64,000 nucleotides of DNA from Thermoplasmata archaeon (GCA_021817245.1 JAKAVQ010000002.1:14721-78720); one strand, 5' to 3'; positions 47,995-57,632 are shown, numbered from the stretch's first letter. Notes: generated by a model not told the origin, from the letters alone. Program-made: numbers and translations.

Positions 47995-49422
47995 ATGGTG
48001 GCTCGCCACCGTATCGACCGCTGCACGGTCGCCGCGATCGTGCTCGGGCTCGTGGTCGCCTTCCCCGTGTCGGCTCTTCCCGGCGAGCACGGGATCCTCA
48101 CGACGGGCCCCCGCTCGCCGGCCGGGAGCGGTGGGGTGGGGGGCGGCCTGGTGGGGCTCTCCGACGAGCAGAGCGTCGGCGCCGTCGCCTACTGGGACAC
48201 GTTCTGCCCGTCCACGAGCCCGGGAAGCGGGTGCGTCGTGCCGGAGGGCCTCGCGTACGTCCCGGGGGCGAACCTCATCGTCCTCACGGAGGAGCACGTC
48301 CCGGGCTCGGTCGTTCCCACGGGCCCGGACGCGGTCCAGGAGTTCAACCCGACCACGTTCCAGGAGTCTCCCGCGGTGGACGTCGGCTGCCTTCCCCTGG
48401 TCCCGTTCTATCCGGGCTCGGGCGGCGACGTCTTCATCCCTTGCCAGAACGGCTCGGCCAACTCGATCCTCGTCTTCAACGCGGTGCTCGAGACCGTCGT
48501 CGCCCGCGTCCCCGTGCCGTTCGACATCGCCGCGATGGCGTACGACCCGACGGCGGGGTACGTCGACGTTTTGGGGACGGCCACGGCCGGTGGTTCGGGG
48601 TCCTTCCTCGGGCTCGTCGACCCCTCCGGCGCGGCCCTCGTCCGCGCGATCCCCCTCGGCCCCCAGGTGACGGCCGGGGAGTTTCCCGCGGGCGAGTACG
48701 CGATGGTCTTCGACCCGGTCACCGATCGGTTGATCGTGCCGTCGACCTCGAGCGGGCTGGTGGCGATCGACCCCACGAACGGGGGCGTCGTCGCTGTTCT
48801 CCCCCTCCCCTCGTCGCCGGTCGCCCTGGCGGTCGACCCGGCGACGGACGAGCTCTTCGCATCGTCCGCCGACCCGAGCTCCCTTACCTTGTTCAACGCG
48901 ACGACCTATCGGGCCGCGTCGACGATCCCCTTGCCGAACTGCGTGCGCGGAGATTGCGTGAGCCCGAACGATGCGAACCAGCTCCTGATCGATCCGACCC
49001 ACGGGGACGCCTACCTCGTATCGACCGACGCCCTGTTCGCCCTGAACCTCTCGACGCTCGCGATCGTTGCCGCCGTCGAGGACTATGGGAACGGACCCGA
49101 GCTCAGCTCGGCCTACGTCCCCGGGGTCGACCGCATCTTCGGAACCTACCTCCCCACCAGCATCCCCGGGCCGGGATTCATGCTGCAGCTCGACCACGGG
49201 AGCTACACCGTGGTGAGCTCGATCCTCTGGCTCCCGACCGCGATCGGGATCCTCGTCGCGGGGGCCCTCTGCGGCGGGGCCCTCATCGGGGGGCACCGCC
49301 GGGCCGCCCGGAGGTCGGCCCGACGGCGGCCCGACGGTCCCGGCGAGTCGACCCCGGCTCGACCGGGCGTCGAGGGGACCGGAGCTCCCGCGCCGGGCCG
49401 GGCCGGCGACCCGGAACGGTGA
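47995..49422 (+). CDS. secreted YVTN-family beta-propeller repeat surface protein with C-terminal TM anchor
   Basis: Signal peptide (…AAIVLGLVVAFPVSALPG…). Repeated …Y(D/V)P.…V.V(I/L)D… units (AYDPTAGYVDVLG, VFDPVTDRLIVPS, VAIDPTNGGVVAVL, LAVDPATDELFASS, LLIDPTHGDAYLVS). N-x-S/T sequons. C-terminal TM + HRRAARRSARRR basic tail. Confidence 0.7.
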   Translation: MVARHRIDRCTVAAIVLGLVVAFPVSALPGEHGILTTGPRSPAGSGGVGGGLVGLSDEQSVGAVAYWDTFCPSTSPGSGCVVPEGLAYVPGANLIVLTEEHVPGSVVPTGPDAVQEFNPTTFQESPAVDVGCLPLVPFYPGSGGDVFIPCQNGSANSILVFNAVLETVVARVPVPFDIAAMAYDPTAGYVDVLGTATAGGSGSFLGLVDPSGAALVRAIPLGPQVTAGEFPAGEYAMVFDPVTDRLIVPSTSSGLVAIDPTNGGVVAVLPLPSSPVALAVDPATDELFASSADPSSLTLFNATTYRAASTIPLPNCVRGDCVSPNDANQLLIDPTHGDAYLVSTDALFALNLSTLAIVAAVEDYGNGPELSSAYVPGVDRIFGTYLPTSIPGPGFMLQLDHGSYTVVSSILWLPTAIGILVAGALCGGALIGGHRRAARRSARRRPDGPGESTPARPGVEGTGAPAPGRAGDPER

Positions 49423-49639
49423 GCCTTGTGCGAAAGGTCCCTGTCGGGGCCATCCCGGGGGGGGACGGTGAGCGCTCGGGCGGCCGAAACCGAGGAGGTC
49501 GACCGGAGTTCGGGTCGCCCGCCCTCGTGGCCGATAGACGTCGGAAAGCAGCGGGCATACAGTCGTTGGGGCGGCTTTCGTCGCGCTCAGGTCGTGGGGA
49601 GCCAGCAGAGCGACGGGGAAGGTTCTGTTGCTCGGTCTG

Positions 49640-49673
49640 CGGCGATATATCCCGACCTCACCTTAGTGTGACA
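49640..49673 (+). promoter_or_regulatory. TATA-like promoter for second surface-protein gene (leaderless)
   Basis: ggcGATATATccc at 49641-49653, ~25 nt before ATG 49674. Confidence 0.4.
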
Positions 49674-51788
49674 ATGCCCCGACGCCGGGTCCCGCCCGGC
49701 ATCCTGCCGCTGGGCTTGGTGATCGTCGTACTCGCCTCGGTCGGTGGTCCGCACCTCGCCTCGCTCACGTCAGGAGCCTCAAGTCCCGGATCCGGGGGGG
49801 ACCTAACGGGGTACACTCCGGGCAGCATCTCCCTGGGTCCTCCCGGTGGGTCCCCGTACTCGGTCGTCTACGACGCCGCCTCCGACACGGTATGGGTCAG
49901 CTCCGGGACGTCGGTCCTCTACGATGTTTCATTGACGAACCGCTCGCTCGTGTCGACCGTCGACGTCGGCGTGACGCTATGGCCCGGCCCCGAAGCGTTG
50001 GCGCTCGACCCCGCGGCGGGGGACCTGCTCGCCGTGACCATGTCGAACAGCCTCGCGGCCGTCGGCCTCGCCAATCACTCCGACATTCGCCTCGTCCCGG
50101 TCGGTTCGGAGCCGGTAGCCGTCCTCTACGCCTCCACCTTGAACCAGGTGCTGGTCGCGAACTTCGCGTCCAGCGGCATCTCGATCCTCAACGGGACCAC
50201 CCTCGACCCCGTGGCGTCGTTCGCCACGGTCTTTCCCACGGCCCTCGCGTTCGACCCGGCTTTGGGAGGCGTGGTTCTGGCGGGATCGTACGGTTTCACC
50301 GGACTCTCCTACGTAGCTGCTTCGGCTGAAAACGGTTCGAACATTTGGACCATGACGCCACCCCCCAACGAGAGTTCTAACGGGCCGAGCGGGCTCATCT
50401 TCGACCCGCTGAACCACCGAGTCTACGTCACCACGGCCGTGACCAGCAACAACGTCCTGGCGATCGACGCGACGGACGGGACGATCGTCGAAACGATACC
50501 GGTGGGTTCGACACCGACCTCCCTCGCCCTCTCTCCGACCGGCGACACCCTGTTCGTTACCGACCGGGGCTCGAACGACGTGACCGTCGTCAACGTCAGC
50601 GCACCGTCTCCCCTGGTGAGCACGGTGGCGGTCGGCGGTGCCCCCCAGGGCCTCGCGTACGCCACGGCATCGAACCAGGTCCTCGTGGCCGACGGGGAGG
50701 GGTTCAGCCTGAGCGCCATCGATGTCCCGGGTCTCGCCGCGCTTCCCCCGATCCCGCTCAGCTGGGGCCCTCGGACCGTGACCTTTGTGCCCGAGCAGGG
50801 ACAATTGTACGCGGCCGGTGGAATGTCCTTGTTCGCGGTCAATGCCACCACCCTGCGTCCCTGGGCGCGCGTCGATGTGGGGCAGTATCCGCAGACGATC
50901 GTCTACGACCCCCTGAACGAGAGCCTGTTCGTGACGAACGCGGACAGCAACACCTTGAGCGTCGTCTCGGCCCCCCGCTTGGCGCCCGAGTCGAACCGGT
51001 CGGTCGGCGCGTTCCCGATCGGAGCGACGTACGACAACCAGAGCGGGTCGATCCTGGTGACGCTGGGCGGGTCGGACCTCCTCGAGGAGATCTCGGCGGT
51101 CAACGACTCGGTCCTCCGGTCGGTGACGGTCGGGTCCGTTCCGGCGGGCGTGATCCTGGATCGCGCCGTCGGAGAGATCTTCGTCACCAACTTCGGGGGC
51201 GACACCGTGAGCGTCGTCTCGGACTCGACCTTCCGGGTCGTCGGGACCATCAAGCTGGACCTCTCCGCCTACTCGGCGCCGGCCGCGCCCGGACTCCCCG
51301 CACTGGACCCGACCAACGGGGAGATCTTCGTGCCCGACCGTGGCACCGGCAACGTCAGTGTCATCTCGGACACCTCCTTGTCGGTGATCGCGACTCTCCA
51401 CGTGCCGGTGATCGCCTACGACGCGGTCTACGATCCGGTCACGGACCGCGTCTATGTCAGCGACCCGGCGAACGACTCCGTCGCGGTCATCGACCCGAAC
51501 TCGCTCAACGTGACGGGTTCCCTGGCCACGGGCAGCGCCCCGTACGGGATCGCCTGCGATCCCCAGAACGGGACGGTCTACGTGGCGAACGTGGCGTCCG
51601 ACAACATCACCCACTTCACACCGGCGCTCACGGTGTCCAAGACCCCCGCACCCACGGTCGGGCTCATCTACGGGTCCCTGGGAATCTCGATCGTGGTCGG
51701 GGCGAGTTCGGCCGCTTACGCCCGGTGGCGGCTACGGCACGCACGCCGGACCCCATCCGAAGGCCCGCCCCCCGGTGCGGCCCTGTAA
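49674..51788 (+). CDS. large YVTN-family beta-propeller repeat surface (glyco)protein with C-terminal TM anchor
   Basis: Start inside ORF 48231..51788. Signal peptide (…ILPLGLVIVVLASVGG…). ≥12 repeats (…VYVTTAVTSNNVLAIDATDGTIVETIPVGSTPTSLALSPTGDTLFVTDRGSNDVTVVNV… etc.). >20 N-x-S/T sequons. C-terminal TM + RWRLRHARR. Confidence 0.75.
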   Translation: MPRRRVPPGILPLGLVIVVLASVGGPHLASLTSGASSPGSGGDLTGYTPGSISLGPPGGSPYSVVYDAASDTVWVSSGTSVLYDVSLTNRSLVSTVDVGVTLWPGPEALALDPAAGDLLAVTMSNSLAAVGLANHSDIRLVPVGSEPVAVLYASTLNQVLVANFASSGISILNGTTLDPVASFATVFPTALAFDPALGGVVLAGSYGFTGLSYVAASAENGSNIWTMTPPPNESSNGPSGLIFDPLNHRVYVTTAVTSNNVLAIDATDGTIVETIPVGSTPTSLALSPTGDTLFVTDRGSNDVTVVNVSAPSPLVSTVAVGGAPQGLAYATASNQVLVADGEGFSLSAIDVPGLAALPPIPLSWGPRTVTFVPEQGQLYAAGGMSLFAVNATTLRPWARVDVGQYPQTIVYDPLNESLFVTNADSNTLSVVSAPRLAPESNRSVGAFPIGATYDNQSGSILVTLGGSDLLEEISAVNDSVLRSVTVGSVPAGVILDRAVGEIFVTNFGGDTVSVVSDSTFRVVGTIKLDLSAYSAPAAPGLPALDPTNGEIFVPDRGTGNVSVISDTSLSVIATLHVPVIAYDAVYDPVTDRVYVSDPANDSVAVIDPNSLNVTGSLATGSAPYGIACDPQNGTVYVANVASDNITHFTPALTVSKTPAPTVGLIYGSLGISIVVGASSAAYARWRLRHARRTPSEGPPPGAAL

Positions 51789-52126
51789 TCGAAGCGCGAG
51801 GGGAGGTCCCTCGGAACCGCCCCCCGTCGGTTCGCCAGTTCCTGCACCCGGACGGCTCGCCTCTCCGCCCTAGGGTCGTACCGCCCAACGTCCTCGGGCC
51901 GGTGGTCGTTCGATCGGGACCAGGGGTGGACCGCAAGCCTCCTGCCCGGGGATCGGCGCGGGACGGTTCGACGGCGATCGACGTGGGGGCGACTCCCCGG
52001 TGCCCCAACGAACGGGAGCGATCCCCGGGAGCTCCCACCCAGTGAACGAGACCGGGTCCAGATGCTGGCGACGGTCGGCCTTATACCACCGACCCCTCTC
52101 GGGGTCGACTCGACGGGAGTCGACAC

Positions 52127-52200
52127 GCGGGCATAGTGTAGTCTGGTTATCACATAGGCTTGCCAAGCCTATAACCCGGGTTCAAATCCCGGTGCCCGCA
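52127..52200 (+). tRNA. tRNA-Gly (anticodon GCC)
   Basis: GCGGGCA/TGCCCGC acceptor stem. GTG..CAC D-stem. TAGGC-TTGCCAA-GCCTA anticodon arm with GCC in loop positions 34-36. CCGGG-TTCAAAT-CCCGG T-arm. Discriminator A. No encoded CCA, no intron. Coordinates cross-checked against ORF 52000..52338. Confidence 0.85.
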
Positions 52201-52352
52201 CTCCTCTTCGCTCCCGGCGGCGCTTTCGGGGATCGCTCCCGTCCGCGCCCCCCACGGTCGCGGGGAGCGCCGCGAACGGACCCGGTCCGGGGCCGGAAGC
52301 TGGGGCGCGCGGGGGATGGGTCTCCCACGGCGCGGTAGGAAGTCCCGTCGGA

Positions 52353-53294
52353 TCACTCGGGTGCGCTAGGCTCGCCCACCGAGTGCACCCGGGAGCGATC
52401 GACCGCCAGCCATCGATAGCCGTCCTCGACCCGCACGTTCGCCACGAGCAGGTCGTGGCTGGCGAGTTCCGTGCGGTAGCGGATCAGCGAATCGAACACG
52501 GTGATCGGGTCGTCGCCGGTCAGCTCCGAGAGCTCGCGCGTTGTTCCCATCCAAGCGCCGTCGCGCACGAGGCCGGTGATCACTCGGACGTACCGCGGCG
52601 AACCCTCCTCGTCGGCGGACTCCACCGCCCGTCCGCCCGACCGGGAGAACTCGGCCGGAGGGTCGACGGGCTCAGGTTCGGGAGGAGGAGCCGCGGCGAG
52701 CCGCCGAGCCGGCCGGGGAGCGAGCGGTGCGGTGGGAGGAACCGGCGCCCCAGCGGCTGGCGATTCGCCGAGATCGTCGATCAGCGTCTCGACCTCCCGA
52801 CCGAGCTCGGCCCAACGGGAGGCGGGGGCCGGTACTCGGGACGAAGCGACCGCGCCCTCGTTCCACGGCGGGGTAGCTCCGGAAGGGAGCGTCATCCTCG
52901 GTTGCGCGGCGCCGCCCGACGGCATGCGTTCGCACATCGGCGACCCGAGCCGGGGCGTATCGACGTCGGGGTCGAAGACCCGGGCGACGACGATGCGGAC
53001 GAACTGCGCGATGTCGTCCTCGGGCACCGGCCGCAGGTTCCGACGCATCCGGAACCGGTCGATCGCGCCGCGAAGCTCGGGGCTGGGAACGGGGAACGCC
53101 CGGCGGTGGGCACCGTCCTGGAGGGCCGCCCACGGCCGGGATTTCGCGTCGCAAAAGAGCCGAAGGCCGGCGAACCGGACGAGGTCGTGGTAGAGGACGT
53201 GGGCCGGCGGACCCCCCATCGCGTCGATCGGGGGGATCCACTCGTCGTCGGCGTAGCGGCTGACCTCCCGGATCCGGATCTCCTCGACTCCCAT
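52353..53294 (-). CDS. hypothetical protein with C-terminal winged-helix-like domain
   Basis: Start at internal M (MGVEEIRIREVSRYADDEW…); the ORF-track N-terminal 92 codons overlap the GGT RBS/start on the other strand. ~130-aa N-domain, Pro/Ala-rich disordered linker, then C-terminus …WMGTTRELSELTGDDPITVFDSLIRYRTELASHDLLVANVRVEDGYRWLAV (wHTH-like). No family recognised. Confidence 0.45.
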   Translation of the reverse strand: MGVEEIRIREVSRYADDEWIPPIDAMGGPPAHVLYHDLVRFAGLRLFCDAKSRPWAALQDGAHRRAFPVPSPELRGAIDRFRMRRNLRPVPEDDIAQFVRIVVARVFDPDVDTPRLGSPMCERMPSGGAAQPRMTLPSGATPPWNEGAVASSRVPAPASRWAELGREVETLIDDLGESPAAGAPVPPTAPLAPRPARRLAAAPPPEPEPVDPPAEFSRSGGRAVESADEEGSPRYVRVITGLVRDGAWMGTTRELSELTGDDPITVFDSLIRYRTELASHDLLVANVRVEDGYRWLAVDRSRVHSVGEPSAPE

Positions 53295-53551
53295 GTTCGT
53301 TGCCCGGTCGATGCTCCGCCCTCGGCCGCCGGTTCCCCTGACCTCGAATCTGCTGCCGGGACCGCGCCTATAGTCGTTGTGGGGGAGTGGAAAGAGGTTT
53401 CCGAGGAGGACCGCCTCCGGCCCGGATCCGGGGGATGCCGGTGGGCGCCGCCCGTGACGGGACGGCGGGACGGGCCCGCGGGCGATTCCCTCGGGAACGC
53501 AAGCTGAAATCTCCCGGCCGTTACGGAAAGGGGAGCGCCAGGAGACGGTCG

Positions 53552-55036
53552 GTGAAAGGTGCGGTCGCATCGGGACACCCGCTCAGCACGGCGGCGGGCG
53601 AGGCGGTCCTCGAGCGCGGCGGGAACGCGTACGATGCGGTCGTCGCGACCAGCGCGGCGTTGACGGTCGTCCAACCGCACGCGAACGGCCTCGGCGCGGA
53701 CTTCTTCGCGGTCGTGGACGACCACGACGACGTCCGTTCGGTGAACGGGAGCGGTTGGGCGGCGGCCGAAGCGACCCCGGACGCGTTCCGGGCGCGCGGC
53801 CTCTCCGCCGTTCCGACGACGGGTCCGCTCTCGGCGTTCACCGTCCCCGGGCTCGTGGCCTCCTGGGCCCTTCTCCTCCCGCGGACGTCCCTACCGTTCG
53901 CCGACCTTCTCGCGCCGGCGGTCCGCCTCGCTCGCGACGGGTTCCCGGCCACCCCGGGGCTCGTCCGGTCCGCCCGGGCAACCCTCGGCCACGCGGACGA
54001 GGACTTTCGGGCGCTCTACTCGGATCTCGTCCCCCACGCCCCGCTCCGACAGCCCGAGCTCGCCCGGACCCTCGAAGCGATCGGCGGGGACGAGGGGCAT
54101 TCGTTCTACCACGGCGACATCGCCCGGGCGATCGACGAGGAGATGCGGCGGAAAGGGGGTCTTCTCCGACGGCAGGACCTCGATGGTTACCGGGCCGAGT
54201 GGACGACGCCCCTCAAGGTCCGCTACCGGGGACATGACGTCTATACCACTCCCCCCAACAGCCAGGGAGCGACCGCGCTCATCTGGCTCAACTTGCTGGC
54301 GACCCAGGACTTCGCGACCGTCGCGCCGGCCGAGTACGTCGCGGCGCTGGTACGCACGATGCCGGTCGCCTACGCGTACCGGGCCCGCCACATCGGGGAC
54401 CCACGGTCGGTTGAGTTCCCGGCCGAGCTCCTCCGCCCGACGTACCCGTACGCCCCGGCGACGCTCGCCGGCGCTCCGTCGTTCGGCGCCGGCGACACGA
54501 CGGCCTTCTCCGTGACCGACGGAACGGTCGGCGTGAGCGCGATCCAGAGCAACTTCATGGGCTTCGGCTCGGGGCTGACGGTGCGGGGGACCGGGATCAA
54601 CCTCAACAACCGGGGGTCGTACTTCTCCCTCGACCCGGGTCACCACAACGTCGTCGGCCCGGGCCGACGCACCTTCCACACCCTGATGGCGGTCGTCGCA
54701 AAAGGTTCCGGCGACACTCTCCTGCTCGGCACGATGGGCGGCGACGTGCAGCCCCAGGTGAACGTACAGGTCCTGACGCGCGTGCTCGACCGGCACGAGG
54801 GGCTCTCGGAAGCGATCGCCGCTCCCCGGTTCGCCTGGCCGGCGACGATCTACGGGTCGGCCGACCTTTACGCGGAGGTCGAGCTCGGCCTTTCGGGGGC
54901 GCAGGTGGTCCGCGGCGAACGGTCCCTCTTCGGCCACGCCCACGCGATCCGCTTCGGGAACCGACTCGAGGTCGGCATCGACCCCCGGGGCGAGGGCCGG
55001 GCGGAGACGGGCGGCGGGCCGGCCTCCCGGAGCTAG
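53552..55036 (+). CDS. gamma-glutamyltransferase family protein
   Basis: AGGAGA RBS + GTG. …GHPLSTAAGEAVLERGGNAYDAVVAT…, autocatalytic Thr region GDTTAFSVTD, …TMGGDVQPQV…. Confidence 0.85.
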   Translation: MKGAVASGHPLSTAAGEAVLERGGNAYDAVVATSAALTVVQPHANGLGADFFAVVDDHDDVRSVNGSGWAAAEATPDAFRARGLSAVPTTGPLSAFTVPGLVASWALLLPRTSLPFADLLAPAVRLARDGFPATPGLVRSARATLGHADEDFRALYSDLVPHAPLRQPELARTLEAIGGDEGHSFYHGDIARAIDEEMRRKGGLLRRQDLDGYRAEWTTPLKVRYRGHDVYTTPPNSQGATALIWLNLLATQDFATVAPAEYVAALVRTMPVAYAYRARHIGDPRSVEFPAELLRPTYPYAPATLAGAPSFGAGDTTAFSVTDGTVGVSAIQSNFMGFGSGLTVRGTGINLNNRGSYFSLDPGHHNVVGPGRRTFHTLMAVVAKGSGDTLLLGTMGGDVQPQVNVQVLTRVLDRHEGLSEAIAAPRFAWPATIYGSADLYAEVELGLSGAQVVRGERSLFGHAHAIRFGNRLEVGIDPRGEGRAETGGGPASRS

Positions 55037-55117
55037 CTCTACCCGACGCTCCCGCCCCCTTCCGGGGCCGATTCCGCGCGCTCCCAACCGCTCCCGTCCG
55101 GTCCGCGGGCCCGGGTC

Positions 55118-56026
55118 GTGATGTTTTTGAGAGGGATGTCCTATCGACGCACGATGGCCCACGTTCGCACGATGAGCATACCGGGCGGCCGGTCGTTCGA
55201 GTACGTCGCCCAGGGTCGGGGCCCGGCGACCCTCCTCGTCCACCCCGGTGGCCCGGGCCTCACCTACCACTACCTCCGGGGCCTCCTCAAGCTCGCGAAC
55301 GCGAACCTCCGGGTGATCCTGTTCAACCCCCGGGGCGTCGGCCGCAGCTGGGCGCCGAAGAGCCCCCGCGAGTACACGATCGCGAACCAGGCGGAGGACG
55401 TCGAGGCCCTGCGGCGGGCGTTCGGCATCCGGGAGCTGCACCTGCTCGGCTATTCGGCGGGCGGGTTCGTCGCGCTCGAGTACGCGCACCGGCACGAGAA
55501 CCGGCTGACCTCGCTCCTCCTCTGCGCCACCGCCGGGTCCGCGGAGGAGATCCGCGCCGCGAACCGGACGATGCTGCTCGCGGCCTCGCCGCAGCAGCGC
55601 GCCCGCCTGCGGGCGCTCACGCGGGCTCGCGCGTTCGACTCCCCCGAGTACCGCTCGCTCGCCGAGCGGATCGCCCGGCCGTTCCAGACCCGGTTCCTCA
55701 CCGACGTCCCCGCCGACTGGAAGGCGACGAAGTCCTCGCCCGCCGTTTACCAGGCGATGATGACCCGCTCGGGGGACGAGTTCGCGGTCGACGGTACGGT
55801 CGCGTCGTGGGACGGCCGGAAGTACTACTCGAAGATCGAGGTCCCGAGCGCCGTCGTGGTCGGAAAGTACGACTTCTTCCTCGAGGCGTCGATGGAGATG
55901 GCGGAGCGGATCGAGCCGGCACACCTTCGCGTGCTGCCCCACAGCAGCCACATGGAGGTCCTCGAGCAGCCGCGCGAGTTCCTCGGTACGGTCCGGGAGT
56001 TCCTGGGCGACGTCACCGGGGGCTGA
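55118..56026 (+). CDS. alpha/beta hydrolase (proline iminopeptidase-like)
   Basis: …LLVHPGGPG… oxyanion region. Nucleophile elbow GYSAGG. C-terminal …HSSHME… (catalytic His). Confidence 0.8.
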   Translation: MMFLRGMSYRRTMAHVRTMSIPGGRSFEYVAQGRGPATLLVHPGGPGLTYHYLRGLLKLANANLRVILFNPRGVGRSWAPKSPREYTIANQAEDVEALRRAFGIRELHLLGYSAGGFVALEYAHRHENRLTSLLLCATAGSAEEIRAANRTMLLAASPQQRARLRALTRARAFDSPEYRSLAERIARPFQTRFLTDVPADWKATKSSPAVYQAMMTRSGDEFAVDGTVASWDGRKYYSKIEVPSAVVVGKYDFFLEASMEMAERIEPAHLRVLPHSSHMEVLEQPREFLGTVREFLGDVTGG

Positions 56027-56102
56027 GGCCCGCAGGGCGGTGCGCCCCGACCCGGACCAAAGGCGGTAAACCCCCCGAGGGGCTGGGTCGCCCGAGGCAC
56101 CG

Positions 56103-56828
56103 ATGGGGGAGGAGGCACGGACCGCCGGCGGCCGCGCGGCGCCCGACCCTCGGGTCGCGACGGTCCGCCTGCGCGTGACCCCGGAGGCGGCCCGGGCGCT
56201 CGCGGCCGCGCTCTCGGGCCACCCGGAAGGTTCGGGCGTCCGCGTCTGGGTCGAGCGCGGGATGCGTCCGCACGCCCAGATGATGGTCGACCGGCCGTCC
56301 CACCGGGACCTCCCCGTCGACGTCGAGGGGGTTCGCCTGCTGGTCGACGAGGCGAGCCTCGCGTTCCTGCGAGATGCCGAGATCCGCTACCGGACCGACC
56401 AGGACCCGCCCGGTTTCGAGGTCGTGGGACCGTTCCTCCCGTCGACCGCGGCGCCTCCGACCGGCCCGGCGCCGACGGCCCCCGCGCCCGGCGGCGCGGG
56501 GCCGGTCGGGGCGTCGGCGGAGCACTCGAAGGTCGAGGAACGGGTGCGCGCGGCGCTCAAGAACATCTACGACCCCGAGATCCCGATGAACGTCATCGAC
56601 CTCGGCCTGATCTACGGCATGGACTGGGGCGAGGCCGGGGACCTCACGATCCGCATGACGCTCACGAGCCCGGGGTGCCCGGCCGTCGAAGCGTTCACCG
56701 AGGAGGTCACGCGGGCGGCGCGGGATGCCTCGGGCCTCGACCGCGTGAAGGTCGACATCGTCTGGGAACCCCCGTGGGGCCCGGAGCGGATGACCGAGTT
56801 CGCGCGGCGGCAGTTCGGCTACGCCTAG
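56103..56828 (+). CDS. fusion protein: HesB/IscA-like (Fe-S biosynthesis fold, Cys-less) N-domain + DUF59/MIP18 (SufT-like) C-domain
   Basis: N-terminus …VRLRVTPEAARALAAAL…VRVWVERGMRPHAQMMVD…VRLLVDEASLAFLRDAEIRY has HesB-like topology without the CGCG/SF motif. C-terminus …VRAALKNIYDPEIPMNVIDLGLIYGMDWGEAGDLTIRMTLTSPGCPAVEAF… is the DUF59 signature. Confidence 0.65.
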   Translation: MGEEARTAGGRAAPDPRVATVRLRVTPEAARALAAALSGHPEGSGVRVWVERGMRPHAQMMVDRPSHRDLPVDVEGVRLLVDEASLAFLRDAEIRYRTDQDPPGFEVVGPFLPSTAAPPTGPAPTAPAPGGAGPVGASAEHSKVEERVRAALKNIYDPEIPMNVIDLGLIYGMDWGEAGDLTIRMTLTSPGCPAVEAFTEEVTRAARDASGLDRVKVDIVWEPPWGPERMTEFARRQFGYA

Positions 56829-56936
56829 GGCGGACGCGCGGGACGGCGCGCAGAGGACCCGGTCGGCCGCCGTCGGACCCCGCGGCGCGTCCTCCGGCAC
56901 CTTTTTGTGCCGTGGTCGTAGACGCTCCCCCGACGC

Positions 56937-57617
56937 ATGCAGGAGGAGGTCGTCGTCTCGGGCCGGGACGTCTGGAAGGTCTACGGCGAAGGGGAGACGC
57001 GGGTCCGGGCGCTGCAGGGACTCAATATCGACATCCTCCGCGGCGAGATGCTCGCGATCATGGGGCCGTCGGGATGCGGGAAGACGACGTTCCTCAACTG
57101 CTTCTCGGGGCTGGACGAGATCAGCCAGGGTGCGGTGACGCTCGAAGGCGTCAACATCCACGACCTCACGGACCGGGCGAAGAGCGAGTACCGCGCGCGC
57201 CGCATGGGGTTCGTCTTCCAGTCGTACAACCTCCTCCCCGTCCTCTCGGCGGTCGAGAATGTCGAGCTGCCGCTCCTGATCGGCGGCGTTCTCCCGAAGG
57301 AGGCCCGCGAGCGCTCGGAAGCAATCCTCGGGGAGCTCGGTCTCGCGGCGCGCGCCCACCACAAGCCCTCCGAGCTTTCGGGAGGGCAGCAGCAGCGGGT
57401 CTCGCTCGCCCGGGCGCTCGTGGCCCGTCCCGCGATCGTCTGGGCCGACGAGCCGACGGGGAACCTCGACGAGGAAGGGTCGATCCAGGTCGCCCAGCTT
57501 TTGCGGGGGCTCAACCGGCAGTACGGTCAGACGATCGTGGTCGTGACGCACGACGCCGAGGTCGCCGCGGACTGCGACCGGACGCTCAAGATGCACGACG
57601 GTCGCTTCGTCGCGTAG
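56937..57617 (+). CDS. ABC transporter ATP-binding protein (MacB/LolD-type)
   Basis: Walker A GPSGCGKTT, LSGGQQQRVSLARAL, Walker B VWADEPTGNLD, H-loop VTHD. Confidence 0.9.
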   Translation: MQEEVVVSGRDVWKVYGEGETRVRALQGLNIDILRGEMLAIMGPSGCGKTTFLNCFSGLDEISQGAVTLEGVNIHDLTDRAKSEYRARRMGFVFQSYNLLPVLSAVENVELPLLIGGVLPKEARERSEAILGELGLAARAHHKPSELSGGQQQRVSLARALVARPAIVWADEPTGNLDEEGSIQVAQLLRGLNRQYGQTIVVVTHDAEVAADCDRTLKMHDGRFVA

Positions 57618-57632
57618 CGGAGGCGGGGGTCC

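Noticed and set aside
51955-51980. GGTTCGA (T-loop-like) motif in the gap upstream of tRNA-Gly, considered as a second tRNA or tRNA fragment
   Set aside because: No complementary T-stem, acceptor stem or anticodon arm can be drawn around it; isolated heptamer.
52127-53600. Integrated element / integrase at the tRNA-Gly 3' flank
   Set aside because: No integrase, recombinase, transposase or direct repeat of the tRNA 3' end was found within the window. Only the unclassified wHTH protein is present, so no mobile_element feature is called.
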